A DNA stretch of 64,000 nucleotides from Octopus sinensis (GCF_006345805.1 NC_042999.1:165106001-165170000), one strand, 5' to 3'. Shown: positions 27,063 through 40,644, counted from the stretch's first letter. Notes: generated by a model from the letters alone, not told the origin. Program-made: numbers and translations.

Positions 27063-27182
27063 GGCTTCAAATTTTACAAGGGCAGGCATTTGGGGCGGAG
27101 GGGATAAGTCGATTACATCGACCCAGTGTTTCACTGGTACTTAATTTATCGACTCCGAAAGGCAAAGCCGACCTCTTCGGAA
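27063..27182 (-). mobile_element. SINE family A 3' fragment
   Basis: Family A core sequence. Confidence 0.75.
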
Positions 27183-27189
27183 TAATTCT

Positions 27190-27437
27190 TTTTGCTTCAG
27201 TCATTTGACTGAGGCCATGCTGGAGCACTGCCTTTAGTCAAGCAAATAGACCCCAATACTTATTCTTTGTAGGCCTAATATTTATTCTATCGTTCCCTTT
27301 TGCCGAACCGCTAAGTCACGGGGACGTAAACACACCAGCATCGGTTGTCAAGCGATGTTGTGGGGACAAACACAGACACATAAACATATACACACATACA
27401 TACATACATACATACATACATACATACATACATACAT

Positions 27438-27509
<72 letters not shown>

Positions 27510-27672
27510 GACGGGCTTCTTTTAGTTTCTGTTTACCAAATCCACTCACAAGGCTTTGGTCAGCCCGAGGCTATAGTAGAAGGTACTTGCCCAAGGTGCC
27601 ACGCAGTGGGACTGAACCGGGAACTATGTGGTTGGTAAGCAAGCTACTTACCACACAGCCACTCCTGCGCCT
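27190..27672 (-). mobile_element. Full-length SINE family B with internal (TA)n/(TATG)n
   Basis: Reverse complement of 14755-15148. Confidence 0.88.
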
Positions 27673-27749
27673 GTAATAATAACTTCTTTTATTAGCCACA
27701 ACACAATATCAACTATGATGACGACGATGATTATGATGTTGATAATAGT

Positions 27750-27756
27750 GATAATT

Positions 27757-27812
<56 letters not shown>

Positions 27813-28035
27813 GGTGGTGGTGGTGGTGTAGGTGGTGGTGGTGATGGTGGTGGTGGTTGTGGTGGTGGTGGTGGTGGTTGTGGTGGTTGTGGTGGTGGTG
27901 GTGGTGGTGGTGTGGTTGTGGTGGTGGTGGTGGTGGTGGTGGTGGTTGTGGTTGTGGTGGTGGTGGTGGTGGTGGTGGTTGTGGTTGTGGTGGTGGTGGT
28001 GGTGGTGGTGGTGGTGGTGATGGTGGTGATGATAA
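27750..28035. repeat. (GTA)n/(GGT)n microsatellite
   Basis: Seen directly. Confidence 0.95.
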
Positions 28036-28779
28036 TAACTGCAACAATAAATTTGAAAAGAAGTCCTGAAAACCTGTTTTCCTTAAGTGAATTGATGCTT
28101 TGTCTGCCTTATGCTCGTGTATAAAATGTCACATAATTCAAACTGATGTGTGAGTGGTTTTCATACAATTCCATACAAATATTGCTTATGTTCATATGTA
28201 ATATGTCACGTAACTCGAATGGCGCAAACATCACTTTTTTTGTAACATATTTTTTTTCTTACCTTTTTTGTTTTTTCAGATTTTCAGATCAGCTTTCAAA
28301 CTTCACATGTTTGATGCAATAAACACGTCATGAGTTGTAAACATATGTAATTATTGATTTACGTAAGTCAGAGAGGAATAATTTTTTAAAAAAAGGCAGA
28401 GCGGTGCTCCAGCATGGCCGCAGTCAAATGACTGAAACAAGTAAAAGAATAAAAGAAAAGAAAAGAGCTAAATTAGAAGCAGATTTAGGCAATTCTTGAA
28501 GGTTATGTAAAATCAAAATTCAGGTGATCAAGAATTAACTTGAAACGGGTTTGTTAGAAATCTTTGCATGGATAGTCTTATTGGCTTGAAATAATCAGTA
28601 ATATCTTCACGTATGGCATAATGTGGACGTGGTGGTACAAGTGGGCTGAGGAAGGAAAGTTTTTGTCGAGTGTTGCCGAGTGTGTACGATGCAAAGTGGG
28701 AAGGGAATGTAGAGGACTTCTTTGCAGAAGTATGGCTCAGAGGATCATCTTGTGGGATTTACCACTAGTCCAGTTAAAC

Positions 28780-29740
28780 GTGTTATTGATAGTTAAACTG
28801 CTTCTGTCAGACGTAATTTAAATAGCCCTAATAAATAAACTTCATCTCTCACCTATTTAAAGTAGTTTAGGATAGTTGTAGGGAGATTCCTGTAAACATT
28901 TATAGAGGTCATATCAGTTAAGTGACTAAAAAGACAGACTGCAATTTGGAACGCAAGAGACCTTCCAATCTGTCGTGAACGAAAATACGTCTTGCTTGTT
29001 TGGATGATAATCTTGCCGATGTTTGAAGTTGGCGTTATTTTCAGAGTGTAAAAAACCTGTTCTTCATCTATACTGCAACAGCGCAGCTTTGACTGAATCT
29101 TCAAGGAGATTTAGAGTTATATTGGCTCTGTAAAGAATACGGGCATGTCAGAGGCGACGTGCATTTACCCTTAACTGTTAACTTTACCACTGGCCTATTT
29201 GAACGAGCCATGAATAGTTAAACTACTTATTTTAGGGGTAATTTAAATATCTCCAATAAATAAGCTTCATCCCTCGCCTGTAGGTACTTTAAATATCTCT
29301 AAAAGTAGTACTCAGCCCAGTTGGCGGTCGTAAAGTTTGGGAAGCCGGGGTGGTTGTAGAGTATGTTGCTGTGTGATGGTTAGCTGTAATTAGGCAGTAA
29401 TCGAACGGTTCGATAGGTACACAGACTGTGATAGTGTGTTAAAGCCAGGCATGAAGTAACAATTTCACGGGTCTTTGAGATATCTGTGTCGATCGGTGAT
29501 TCGAAAAGGTGATAATACTTACAGTCACAGGGAGTTAAGTTATGCAATTCATTGTTTTTGAATCAGCATCTTTGGTATAAGCAGAATGCAAACTTTTATT
29601 GGCGGCAATGACTTTAGAGAAGGATGGTGTCAGAAACTTATCCATAATCCAGAATGATAGATAGATAAACATTTACTGTGTTAGGTAAATACGGAGAACT
29701 GTAATAGTAGCAGATAAGTATTCAGGAAAGAAACCTTTGT
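28780..29740 (-). mobile_element. Highly decayed Penelope-like retroelement
   Basis: PRLPKLY at about 29330 resembles the PLE RT motif P..YGLPK. RQIGRSLAFQIA..SHLTD resembles the GIY-YIG G.T.R.L..R..EH segment. Confidence 0.4.
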
Positions 29741-30278
29741 CTCTTTGCAATGAGGAAATGAGTGTACGCAAGTGCATATCATATACTTTTCAGTTTCCAG
29801 GGTTTTACTTATTTCCAATGCCTGCGAATGAAGATATTATTAGCTGTCAGTTTGCTATTTTATGAAATTCGCTAGGCATCTGTCTTCTTTTCCTTTTTTA
29901 CTCATTTGTGTTTCCTCTTCCAGACTTGCTCTAATCATTGTATCCAACTAAAATAGTCAAAGCCGCTTCAAATGATGAGCATTCACAATCACTGATGATC
30001 TCTGACGGGCCCACATACATAAAATAGCAAAAATATATCCGACAGAAGTAAACTTCCTCTTTGTGGCCAGAGAATTCCTGATTTGAGGTAAGTCTCTATC
30101 TCCTTGCATACTCTCTACTTCTCTCATATCTGAAACAGTACTGCTGCTACGCACACAAAACATCGTAGAAAGCATCCCAAAGAAAGAAACCCATTTAAAC
30201 GAGAGAGACTTACGCACAAACATACTTCAACCTTTTGCCTCTGATGCTCCTCACTGTGTTTGTTACACTTTAATTCCA

Positions 30279-30350
30279 CAAGCAGGCTGTTCCGTTGATC
30301 AGACCAACTGGAACCCTTGTCGCCGTAATCGACGGAATGCCACTCAATCA
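30279..30350 (+). mobile_element. 3' tail fragment of SINE family C
   Basis: AGCAGGCTGTTCCGTTG..CGTAATCGACGGA matches the 3' end of 48306-48676. Confidence 0.7.
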
Positions 30351-30894
30351 GAGATAAAAAATAATTAACAAACACACCAAGTCAAGCTAAACAACAGGAA
30401 ATAGTAGTTGTTGATCTATGATTTAAAAGCTTTCCGGCATTGACCATCCTATCTTCCTTGTTTTTAAGATAGAATTATTTTGCACCACGCCGTCTACAGT
30501 ATGCTTTTAAGAGGAGGGCTGAGTGTGATATGGAACAAATTTGGTTACTGTTTCTAGTAGGTAGGTCAATCTCAATCTCATAGAGGATTCCTCATAAGCT
30601 TGGCATAGTCACCTATAAAAATGGTGTAGCCACACACCAGACCTAGTAGTATAAGGAACTGAGACAGTATACAAAGCATGCCAAGTGAATTAACGTGTAA
30701 ATTACATATTTTATGATTGGATTATAGATTTTCGATTCATATCCACAGACAATAAAACAGTATGACGTCTAATGAACTAATTACATATAGGAAATAACAA
30801 CAGCAGATACTTATACATTTTCTCCAAAATCAATCAGGAAAGATGTAAAAAAATGTTTGCATTCAATTTTGATGTGTTCCGATGCTGAAAACAT

Positions 30895-31799
30895 TTGAAC
30901 TAATTAGCAGTTCCTTTGAAATTATTGATAATTCTTTTGAATTTATTGATAATTCTTTTGAACTAGCTGATAATTCCTTGAACTAACTGATAATTCCTTT
31001 GAATTAGTTATCGATTCCTTTGAACTTATTGGTAATACTTCTGAACTAACTAATGCCTTTCAATATTTTGATGATTCCTTTGATCTTATCGATGGATCCT
31101 TTGAAAGTATTGATGATTTCTTTGAAATAATTGATAATTCTTTGGACTACTTCATACTTCCTTTAAACTTGTTGATAATTCATTTCAATTTGCTGATAAT
31201 TTCTTTGAACTTGTTGATAATTCCTTTGAACTAGTTGATAATTCTTTTGAACTTGTTAATAATTCCTTTGAACTAGTTGATAATTCTTTTGAACTTGTTG
31301 ATAATTCATTTGAACTTGTTGATAATTCCTTTGAACTAGTTGATAATTCCTTTGAACTAGTTGATAATTCCTTTGAACTAGTTGATAATTCTTTTGAACT
31401 TGTTGATAATTCTTTTGAACTTGTTAATAATTCCTTTGAACTAGTTGATAATTCTTTTGAACTTGTTGATAATTCCTTTGAACTAGTTGATAATTCCTTT
31501 GAACTAGTTGATAATTCTTTTGAACTTGTTAATAATTCCTTTGAACTAGTTGATAATTCCTTTGAACTAGTTGATAATTCTTTTGAACTTGTTAATAATT
31601 TCTTTGAACTTGTTGATAATTCCTTTGAACTAGTTGATAATGCGTTTGAGCTAGCCGATTATGGCTTTGAACTTATTGATAATTCCTTTGAACTAGTGGG
31701 TAATGCCTTACAACTATTTGATAATTCTTTTGAAATTGTTGATAATTCCTTTGAACTTGTTCATAATATCCCTTTGAACTTCTTGGTAATTCTTTTGAA
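30895..31799. repeat. 21-bp minisatellite, about 43 units, consensus TTCCTTTGAACTAGTTGATAA
   Basis: Seen directly; homogeneous core at about 31200-31640 with diverged flanks. Confidence 0.95.
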
Positions 31800-32371
31800 G
31801 AATGTCATCTATATTGTATCTATCATCACACCTAGTTTATCCTTCCAGACCGTTGGTCTTTAGAATTCATTCCTGCACGATATTTTTCCGGTAGCCGTCA
31901 ATTTACAATTATTTCAGAAAAACGTTAACGCTATCAACTTCACAAGTCTCTGAGAACCTGAGAACCCTTGGGCACAGCATCCTCCAAAACAAGTAAACAA
32001 AAAAACAAACGAGACCCAGAATTGTGTTGCAATCACAAATCTAAGTCTCTTAGTTTTGTTAGTAATTAAGAAATCCTTATGTTTAGTAATATAGGGTTCA
32101 GAGTACCAAACAAATCCGGTCAAAGCCATCGTATTATCCAGTTTCTCACTCCTTCTGCAGTTCATTCATTGATATCCTTATTGAACTTCCACAGAATCCC
32201 CTTTCTACTCATTCTACAAACCTTAGTATCCTGTTTGATCGATCACTTTATATGTTGAAAGTTTGACACGACCATTAAACAACTCTCACTAAAAATATCT
32301 GTTTTATATTCTGTAAGTATGTATATACATATATATATACATATCAATATACACATACATAACTATATATA

Positions 32372-32417
<46 letters not shown>

Positions 32418-32509
32418 TACATACATATACACATATATATGTATATATACACACCACATAAATCTATACATATATATGTATGTATATATATGTCTTATAT
32501 TTATATATA

Positions 32510-32735
32510 TTCTTTTATTTGTTTACTTGTTGCAGATATTTGTCTGCAGCTATGCTGGAGCACCGACTGAAGGGTTTTAGTCAAACCGACCCCAGGATTT
32601 ATTTTTGTAAGCCTTTTACTTATTCTATCGGTCTCTTCTACCGACGCGTTAAGTTACGGGGACGTAAACACGCCAACACCGGTTTCAAGTGGTGATGAAA
32701 GGAGGGACAAACACACAAAAACAGGCACACAAACA
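32510..32735 (-). mobile_element. SINE family B, 3' half
   Basis: Homologous to 14950-15148. Confidence 0.78.
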
Positions 32736-33117
32736 CATATACATACGTACATACATACATACATACATACATGCATACATACATATATAAGCGACAACAA
32801 AGGCACGAAAGATTTGGTGACTGGGGTGACATAAACAACGTAATCAACCTCCATACAAGTTTACTATTTTTTTTTAATACTAGCGGGACAAATAACATAA
32901 AAGTATTTAAACAAAAAGTATTTAAACATAAAGTGTTTAAACAAAGACTGCAAAGTATTTTGTCCGGTTCAATAACGATCACTAATTGTCGCCATTGTGT
33001 ATGTATGTATGTATGTATGTATGTATGTATGTATGTATGTATGTATGTATGTATGTATGTATTTATGTATGTATGTATGTATGTATGTATGTATGTATGC
33101 ATGTACATATATATATG

Positions 33118-33330
33118 TATGTGCTGAAAATTTCCCGGTTTTGGGGAAAAGAAAATACAGAAGGATCAGTTAATTATGATTTTATTTAACATAATCCCCT
33201 CTCAGATTCACACACTTATTGTAGCAGTGCTTCAGTTTTTCTAAGCCTTGTAAAAGAACTCGCAAGATAGGGCCCCCACCAGGCCTTTCTCGACACCCTT
33301 AAAACCAAGTACTTTTCAGTATCCCATCGC
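33118..33330 (-). mobile_element. Mariner 3' end remnant
   Basis: Minus translation LEKLKHCYNKCVNLRGDYVK* followed by a TIR-like GTGCTGAAAATTTCCCGG. Confidence 0.7.
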
Positions 33331-34135
33331 ATGTATATCTTGGGTATGATATTAAACTGCATCCAATGATAAGTTTGGGGGTTTTGGAGTAGTGTGGAGA
33401 GTGGTGTCACCCCTTAATTACCATTCCAGCCGGAACAATAGTACTTGTCTGGGTTCAATTTGTGGGTTAAATAGATCTTTCAGAGTAGAGAAGGTTCTTC
33501 TTGTTTTTTGACAAGGCCGTAGGAAAAATACTCTTGCATAAAGTTTGCAGTCATCTTACAGATCTCTTGCCAGACATCTCGTAATGCTTGCCACTGGAAC
33601 TTACTATGGCAACCGAGAGGGTGACAAAAGTGTTGTACAAGTTTTTGTCACTTAAATCCGATGACATTTAATTTTTGGATCCCTTTTCTGTTTTATAGGG
33701 TCACATGGCAATGGATGCGTGGCGTGAAAAGTCATATCCGCGGATATGCAAGGATGAAAATAAATCAGAATAATACGGTGAAATATGAGACGGCTATCAT
33801 CTGAGAAGATGAGGCAATCATCATGTATGTATGTATGAATGTATGTATGCATGCATGTACGTATGTATGTTTGCATTAGCTTTTCTTAAAATTATAATCA
33901 ATTGTATTGTCCTGTTAAGAAAAAAGGCAATTCAAAGGAGAAACTAAACTCCACTCAGAAATATGTGATACATGTTAATTTGTTTTAAAAAGTCTTGCAT
34001 AATTTTATTGTTTTGTTAGTATGTGAGCTGATCACTTTCGTTGCATGTTAGCTAAGCACTTTCTTTAACTGAAAAAACTAATTTTAATAGGTTGCCTCTT
34101 AGACATTTAGTAACAAAGCCAAGATTACCAATAAT

Positions 34136-34627
34136 TACACCGTGTCACATCTTTTTCTGTTTTTGTCTTTGGTCAGTAAGCGTTATTTCCTATTTGCTTC
34201 TACCTAGAAATCAAAGGAAATTACTACCGTTCCCTTCAAACTTTGCTCTTGTTTACCTGGACATCAATGTTTTGAAACTGACCTATTTCCCATTACATTT
34301 CACTCAGATTTGCTGAGTTGCTGAAGCAGAGATATCATTATATCAAATGTTCTGCTCAATACCACAGATTTGCTTATCAGTTGCTTGACCTTAAACTACT
34401 TGAGCATGTCCCTTAGTGGCTGACGATATGTGCATCTCTGATCATGAGCAGGAGTAGTGGCTGGGAGCATCATAGCCATATGTTGCGAGGAACCCTTTGG
34501 AGGTTTGAATAAATATGAGAAAAGCAAAATTTGAAGGAAGTATTTACCATTTTTCAAACTTTCTAAGGATAAGCAAGTAGGAAATAACAGTCACTACTAA
34601 TGAACAAAAGCTGTGTTACGTAGTGTT
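34136..34627. mobile_element. MITE-like non-autonomous DNA element, copy 1
   Basis: Imperfect inverted termini of about 100 bp (GTTATTTCCTA..CTAGAAA..CCTTCAAA.TTTGC); paralog at 47906-48745. Confidence 0.7.
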
Positions 34628-35700
34628 ATTGGTATCGATGGCGATTTATAATCATAGTAGTGATTCTAATGTTTTGGAACCACTTATCCATAAATATTCT
34701 CATCATTACTGATTTTGAAAAACATGTTCACAGCTAGAGTGCAGCTGACCTCTATACGCCCGATTTTTCTTTTCTGTCTCAAATAATTATATCCATCCTG
34801 TTATGTTTGCACTTGGCAGAAGTTTTTATTGAAATATTCCATTAATATTCCTTGTATTAATTAGTATATATTCATTAACGGGAATATTGCCTATATTTAT
34901 TCCATGGCAGGCTTACTTATTTCTCCCGTTGCGACTTGATGTTTTAGCAACATTATGTCGTTATGAGAGGTAAGACTATGACTGGAAGGAGGTGGGCGAC
35001 TACTCAATGATTCCCAGAGAAATGTGACATATTTAGGTAGCAGTCCGAGTACTTTCATACAACAGTGAAAAGGCTTCAGTCTCTCTTTTGTTGGTTAGTT
35101 ACACCGTAGCCTTTTTCTGCCCTGGAATTTTGATGTGAGATATGCTATAACAGTGGCAAGTCCAACAGAAGCTATATTTCACGCTAATATTATCATCTTT
35201 CTATGCTGCTAAGTTTTTCTATCTTTTGTGCCAAAATTTGAAATCAATATTATCGTCTTTCTCACCATCATAGCAGACATAACCATGAATAATCCTTTTC
35301 TGTAGTAAGTGGAATGTTGCTCTTCCAGGTATTCGTTGAAGTACTGAGAAAATCACAGGGAGCAGTGGGAAGTGAACAGGTCTTCAGTTCACTATGGATC
35401 TGGAAAATGTTCTTTTCACTTTTTAGGATTTGGCTGATATATCTAATTTTGCTTCTGATATTTAACAAATGCAGTCCAAGTAATTTCATACAATACTCAA
35501 AGTCTGTCTGAACTAGTTTTAAAAAATACTCCAACTCTTTCTTTTTTCTAGTAAAAAAAAAAACAAGCGCCTTTTTCTTAACATATGTTGAAGTTTCCGC
35601 CTGAACTTAGAAACATACACAATTTGATTTAATATCTATAGAGCGGGTTTCAAAACCCAAGTATCCCAAACGGTGGTACTTGTGTCTGTACAGAAAATGT

Positions 35701-35946
35701 ACATGTGTATGTCATTATGCAGTTTTATTTCGAGAGTTCTTGCCAATAGAGAAAGAACCGGTTTCTAACTTAGACCCAAGGCGCCTTCATTTAAATTTCG
35801 ACAACATCGACAGCGTATTTTTGCATGCATGTATGTCATTATTCAGTTTATTTCAAGATTTCTTTCCAACAGAGAAAGAACTGGTCTCTAACCTGGATCC
35901 AATGCTCCTTCATTGGAATTTCAGCATCAACAACAGCATATTTTTG
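35701..35946 (-). mobile_element. Two tandem diverged RLE-LINE 3' tails of about 122 bp
   Basis: Direct repeats, each ending on the minus strand in AAATAAA(A)CTG.ATAATGACATACA; they lie downstream of the LINE at 36130-37280. Confidence 0.65.
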
Positions 35947-36028
35947 TTTGTTTGTATGTATGTATGTATGTATGTATGTATGTATGCATGCATGCATGTA
36001 TATATGTATGTATGTATGTATGTATGTC

Positions 36029-36060
<32 letters not shown>

Positions 36061-36099
36061 TGTATGTATGTATGTATGTATGTATGTATGTATGTATTC

Positions 36100-37280
36100 T
36101 CATGCATATAGTTGCATAATCTAGACATGCTCAAATATATTTAAATGATAAACTTCTGGAAAGTTTCACAGATGTTTACAGATCCATTGATGGATTGGAC
36201 CTGTAGTCTTCGAGTTTCACAAGATTGGTATTTAGGCAGTGTGTTACATATCCCAGGGCCCTAATAATTACAAGTATAAACCTGAACTTTTAATCTAGAT
36301 AGAGTAACTGTAGATTTCTCAATAGTTCAGCATAAGTGTTCTCTTTTTCACTGATCTTCAGCATTATGTTAACATCCACTGGGCAGCTAATTTCCACAAC
36401 TGTGCACAGTTTCTTTTCTCTATCCCAAATCATTATATCAGGTCTGTTGTGTTTACATTTTATTGAGGTCTTCACTGGTTCATTCCACCAGTATTCCTTT
36501 TTATTATGAGTGGCTATGGCTTCTGCCATACTATGGGTTCTTATTTCTTTGTCCTTGGGGTAATCCTTCCGACAGATTGCAATATAGCGCGTCGTAGTTA
36601 TAACGTCAAGTCTCACCGGTTGATAATATCGTGATGATATTTTCGGACAACTGCTTATGATGTGGGTGATATCTTCAGTGTGAACACTACACAGTCTGCA
36701 TCGGTTGCCACACTTTATGGCTTTTGCTGCATCTCTATCCCTTTTGTGCATCAGGTACTTGGTTGATATTTCCTGTTCCTGGATTGCAAACGCATACCCT
36801 TCAAAGTGGGAGGTAGTAATACGGATATTATTGATGATCGATGTTACTATCGATCACGGAGCTTTCTAGTAACATATCTATGAATAGTCTTCTGCTCATA
36901 GAGGCTCATCCTTTCATTTGATGATTCGTTGCAGTAGAGTTGCGCAACTTCTTTGGGCATGTATTCTAAGTTATCAGACAAAGAGTGTTGCTCAAGTAGC
37001 TGCCTTCCAAGTCATATGGTGTTATTAGCCTCATAAATGCAAACTTGGTCAAGGGATGCACTTCGATACCTGGTGGTTAAAGGATGTTGCCGAAGGAATA
37101 TGATACGACATTCAAAGGCATTGTGGGTCGATGTTAAGCCTCTTCCGCATTGTTTTCATTTTAGGTAGAGGCAGTCTACGTCACTGTTTATGTGGAAATT
37201 GTGTGTGTTTGTTAGTATTTCTCGGGTTTTCACATCAATGGCTCAGATCTCATCAAGCGACCAATCAAGAACCCAAATAT
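36100..37280 (-). mobile_element. 5'-truncated RLE-type (R4-like) LINE
   Basis: CRLC..HIISSC zinc knuckle, NRPDIMIWD..VEISCP..EKENTY RLE motif, and upstream AIQEQEISTKY. Confidence 0.88.
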
Positions 37281-37479
37281 ATATATAAGCTGTATTATAC
37301 AAATAGTTAATGAAATACGTGCTTAGGCTTGGAGATCATTCCGCTCGGAGCTCATTTCATAAATGCAAGTATGCAACCATTCCGAACTCCGAAGGTCGTC
37401 CAGTGTCAAATATTTTCGATGGAAGATGCATACGCGGATGTGTGTGTGTATGTGTGTATGTGTGTGTGCGTGTACAGAT

Positions 37480-37588
37480 ACATAGATAGGTAGATAGATG
37501 GATAGACTGATATACGGACAGAGAGAGAGAGATAAACAAACAGATAAACAGACAGATAGAGAGACAGAGAGACAGGGAGACAACAGAG

Positions 37589-37659
<71 letters not shown>

Positions 37660-37760
37660 CAGACGGACAAACAGACAGGCAGACAGACACACAGACACAC
37701 AGACACACAGACACACAGACGGATTGACAGACAGATAGATAGATAGATAGATAGATAGAG
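37480..37760. repeat. (GATA)n/(GACA)n compound microsatellite
   Basis: Seen directly. Confidence 0.92.
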
Positions 37761-37793
37761 TATGATATATTAAATATGTAAGATAACCTCTTG

Positions 37794-38596
<803 letters not shown>

Positions 38597-39165
38597 TTTA
38601 AACTCTTTATTTATTGAAATTATCTCCGTTTCCAGAGAACGAAGCACAATCATTTGATGGCAATTGGGACCAAGTCCAAATGAGAAGAGAAGATCATATA
38701 ACGGTCATGATATACATAAGAGAGTGTGTGTTTATATATTCAGTTTTGTAGAGTGTGTTCATATGCTCATACATATAATCCAGCCCTGTCATCAAATACA
38801 TGTAGCCACCATCAGATACATACTCTATTGCCAAGTTTATTGCATCTAACGGTTCTTCAATAAACAAATGACTGTTTATTTAAACTGAAGATTTACGCTC
38901 GGAGAGCTCTCATGCGATTCTGTTCGATACCAATGCGAGTAACTAGAGCAGCGTCCAAATCCATCACATTATGCTTCCTCTCTCCCTCTGTCTGTCTCTC
39001 ATCCTCTGTCTGTCTCTCTCTCACTATCTCACACACTATCTCTATCTGTCTCTCTTATTCACACACACACGTTTTTTTCTCGATACGAGATCAGCGACTA
39101 TATGTCGCTTAAAGAATATATAGTGTTTGCGAGTGGAGATAGCTTCCGTCACTAGCTGGTGGTTA

Positions 39166-39211
39166 TCTCACACTGAGGACGGATAACATTCAGAAACCTA
39201 GTTCAATGAGA
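39166..39211 (+). ncRNA. Degenerate hammerhead ribozyme remnant
   Basis: TCTCACA-CTGAGGA-..-GAAAC-CTA-GTT-CAATGAGA; stems imperfect. Confidence 0.35.
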
Positions 39212-39374
39212 ATCTCGTAAGGCTAGAGATGGGAGCGGTGATCTCTCTTGGAAATGCTATATACGGACACAAACTGTGTGTCGATAGACAGCAGGAAAGG
39301 ATGTTTTCCTGAGGCTTAATCAACAGTAGCATCGTCCTTTAAAGGACTGCTACGTTATGTTGGCATATAACCAT

Positions 39375-39430
<56 letters not shown>

Positions 39431-39658
39431 ACATAGCTGTCTAGCAAAAGAGACCGGTGGAATAAGTACTAGTCTTACAAACAATAAGTCCTGGGTTGGT
39501 GTTCCAGCATGGCCGCTGTCAAATAACTGAAACAAAAGAGAATAAAAGAATATATATATATATGCATATGTATGTGCATATGCTTAACTTTATGTGTACA
39601 TATATATATCCATATGCCTATATACATATGTATATATACATATATATGTATGTGTGTG

Positions 39659-39690
<32 letters not shown>

Positions 39691-39789
39691 CATATATAAA
39701 TATGTGTGTGTGTGTTTTTATACATTTATGTGTGTATATGTATATATACATGAAATATATATATTCAAATATAAATATATGTATGTATG

Positions 39790-39842
<53 letters not shown>

Positions 39843-39845
<3 letters not shown>

Positions 39846-40530
39846 CAACAATTGAGGGTAAAATTAATTAATTATTAATCATTTCACCAAGTATTCAGTA
39901 TGCAAAGGGACCATTTAAGGCGAATTCAAATTATTACATTATATAAAAGGGCTTAGTAAAATAAATTACTTTGCCGCATACTGAACTCATTAGAAATAGT
40001 AGCTAAAAAAACTTTTTTAAAACTATTTCTAATACTTAAAGAAAACCTCTCTCATATAGAGTTTGCTCAATTCAACTCACGAAAGTATGGGGGTAAAGAC
40101 ATTAAAAAATCAAATGCAAAGGTTATTTGAGAACGTACGTTTCAAGATTAGTTTCAAGATTAGAAATTCTTCGCTTGCATATTTGAGTTTGCTGGCACTG
40201 TTAGTTTCGAGCAGATCTTCAGAAGCGATAAGAAGCCGAAAGGGTATGCTCCCACTTTCAGTGTTTTCAAATCCAAACCAAGGAGTTCTGAGCTGATGAT
40301 AGAAATGTCGAGTTGACTAATCTTGAAACGTACGTTCTCAAATAACCTTTGCATTTGATTTTTTAATGTCTTTACCCCCATACTTTCGTGAGTTGAATTG
40401 AGCAAGCACTATATGAGAGAGGTTTTCTTTAAGTATTAGAAATAGTTTTAAAAAAGTTTTTTTAGCTACTATTTCTAATGAGTTCAGTATGCGGCAAAGT
40501 AATTTATTTTACTAAGCCCTTTTATATAAT
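39843..40530. mobile_element. Penelope-type inverted-repeat insertion in (TA)n
   Basis: 215-bp arms 39938-40152/40316-40530 with 2 mismatches seen, one-sided extension 39843-39937, hammerhead spanning the spacer/arm junction. Confidence 0.75.
40289..40340 (+). ncRNA. Minimal type I hammerhead ribozyme
   Basis: TGAG-CTGATGA-(stem II AGA/TCT, GTC/GAC)-GAAAC-GTAC-GTT-CTCA. Palindromic stem III as in PLE hammerheads; first stem II pair is mismatched. Confidence 0.6.
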
Positions 40531-40577
40531 ATATATATATATATATATATGCATATGCATGTGCATATGCTTAAGTT

Positions 40578-40644
<67 letters not shown>

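Noticed and set aside
30895-31799. CRISPR-like array
   Set aside because: Units are contiguous with no unique spacers, there are no cas genes, and the context is eukaryotic.
40063-40405. Two ORFs with identical N-termini on opposite strands
   Set aside because: A consequence of the inverted repeat, not two genes.
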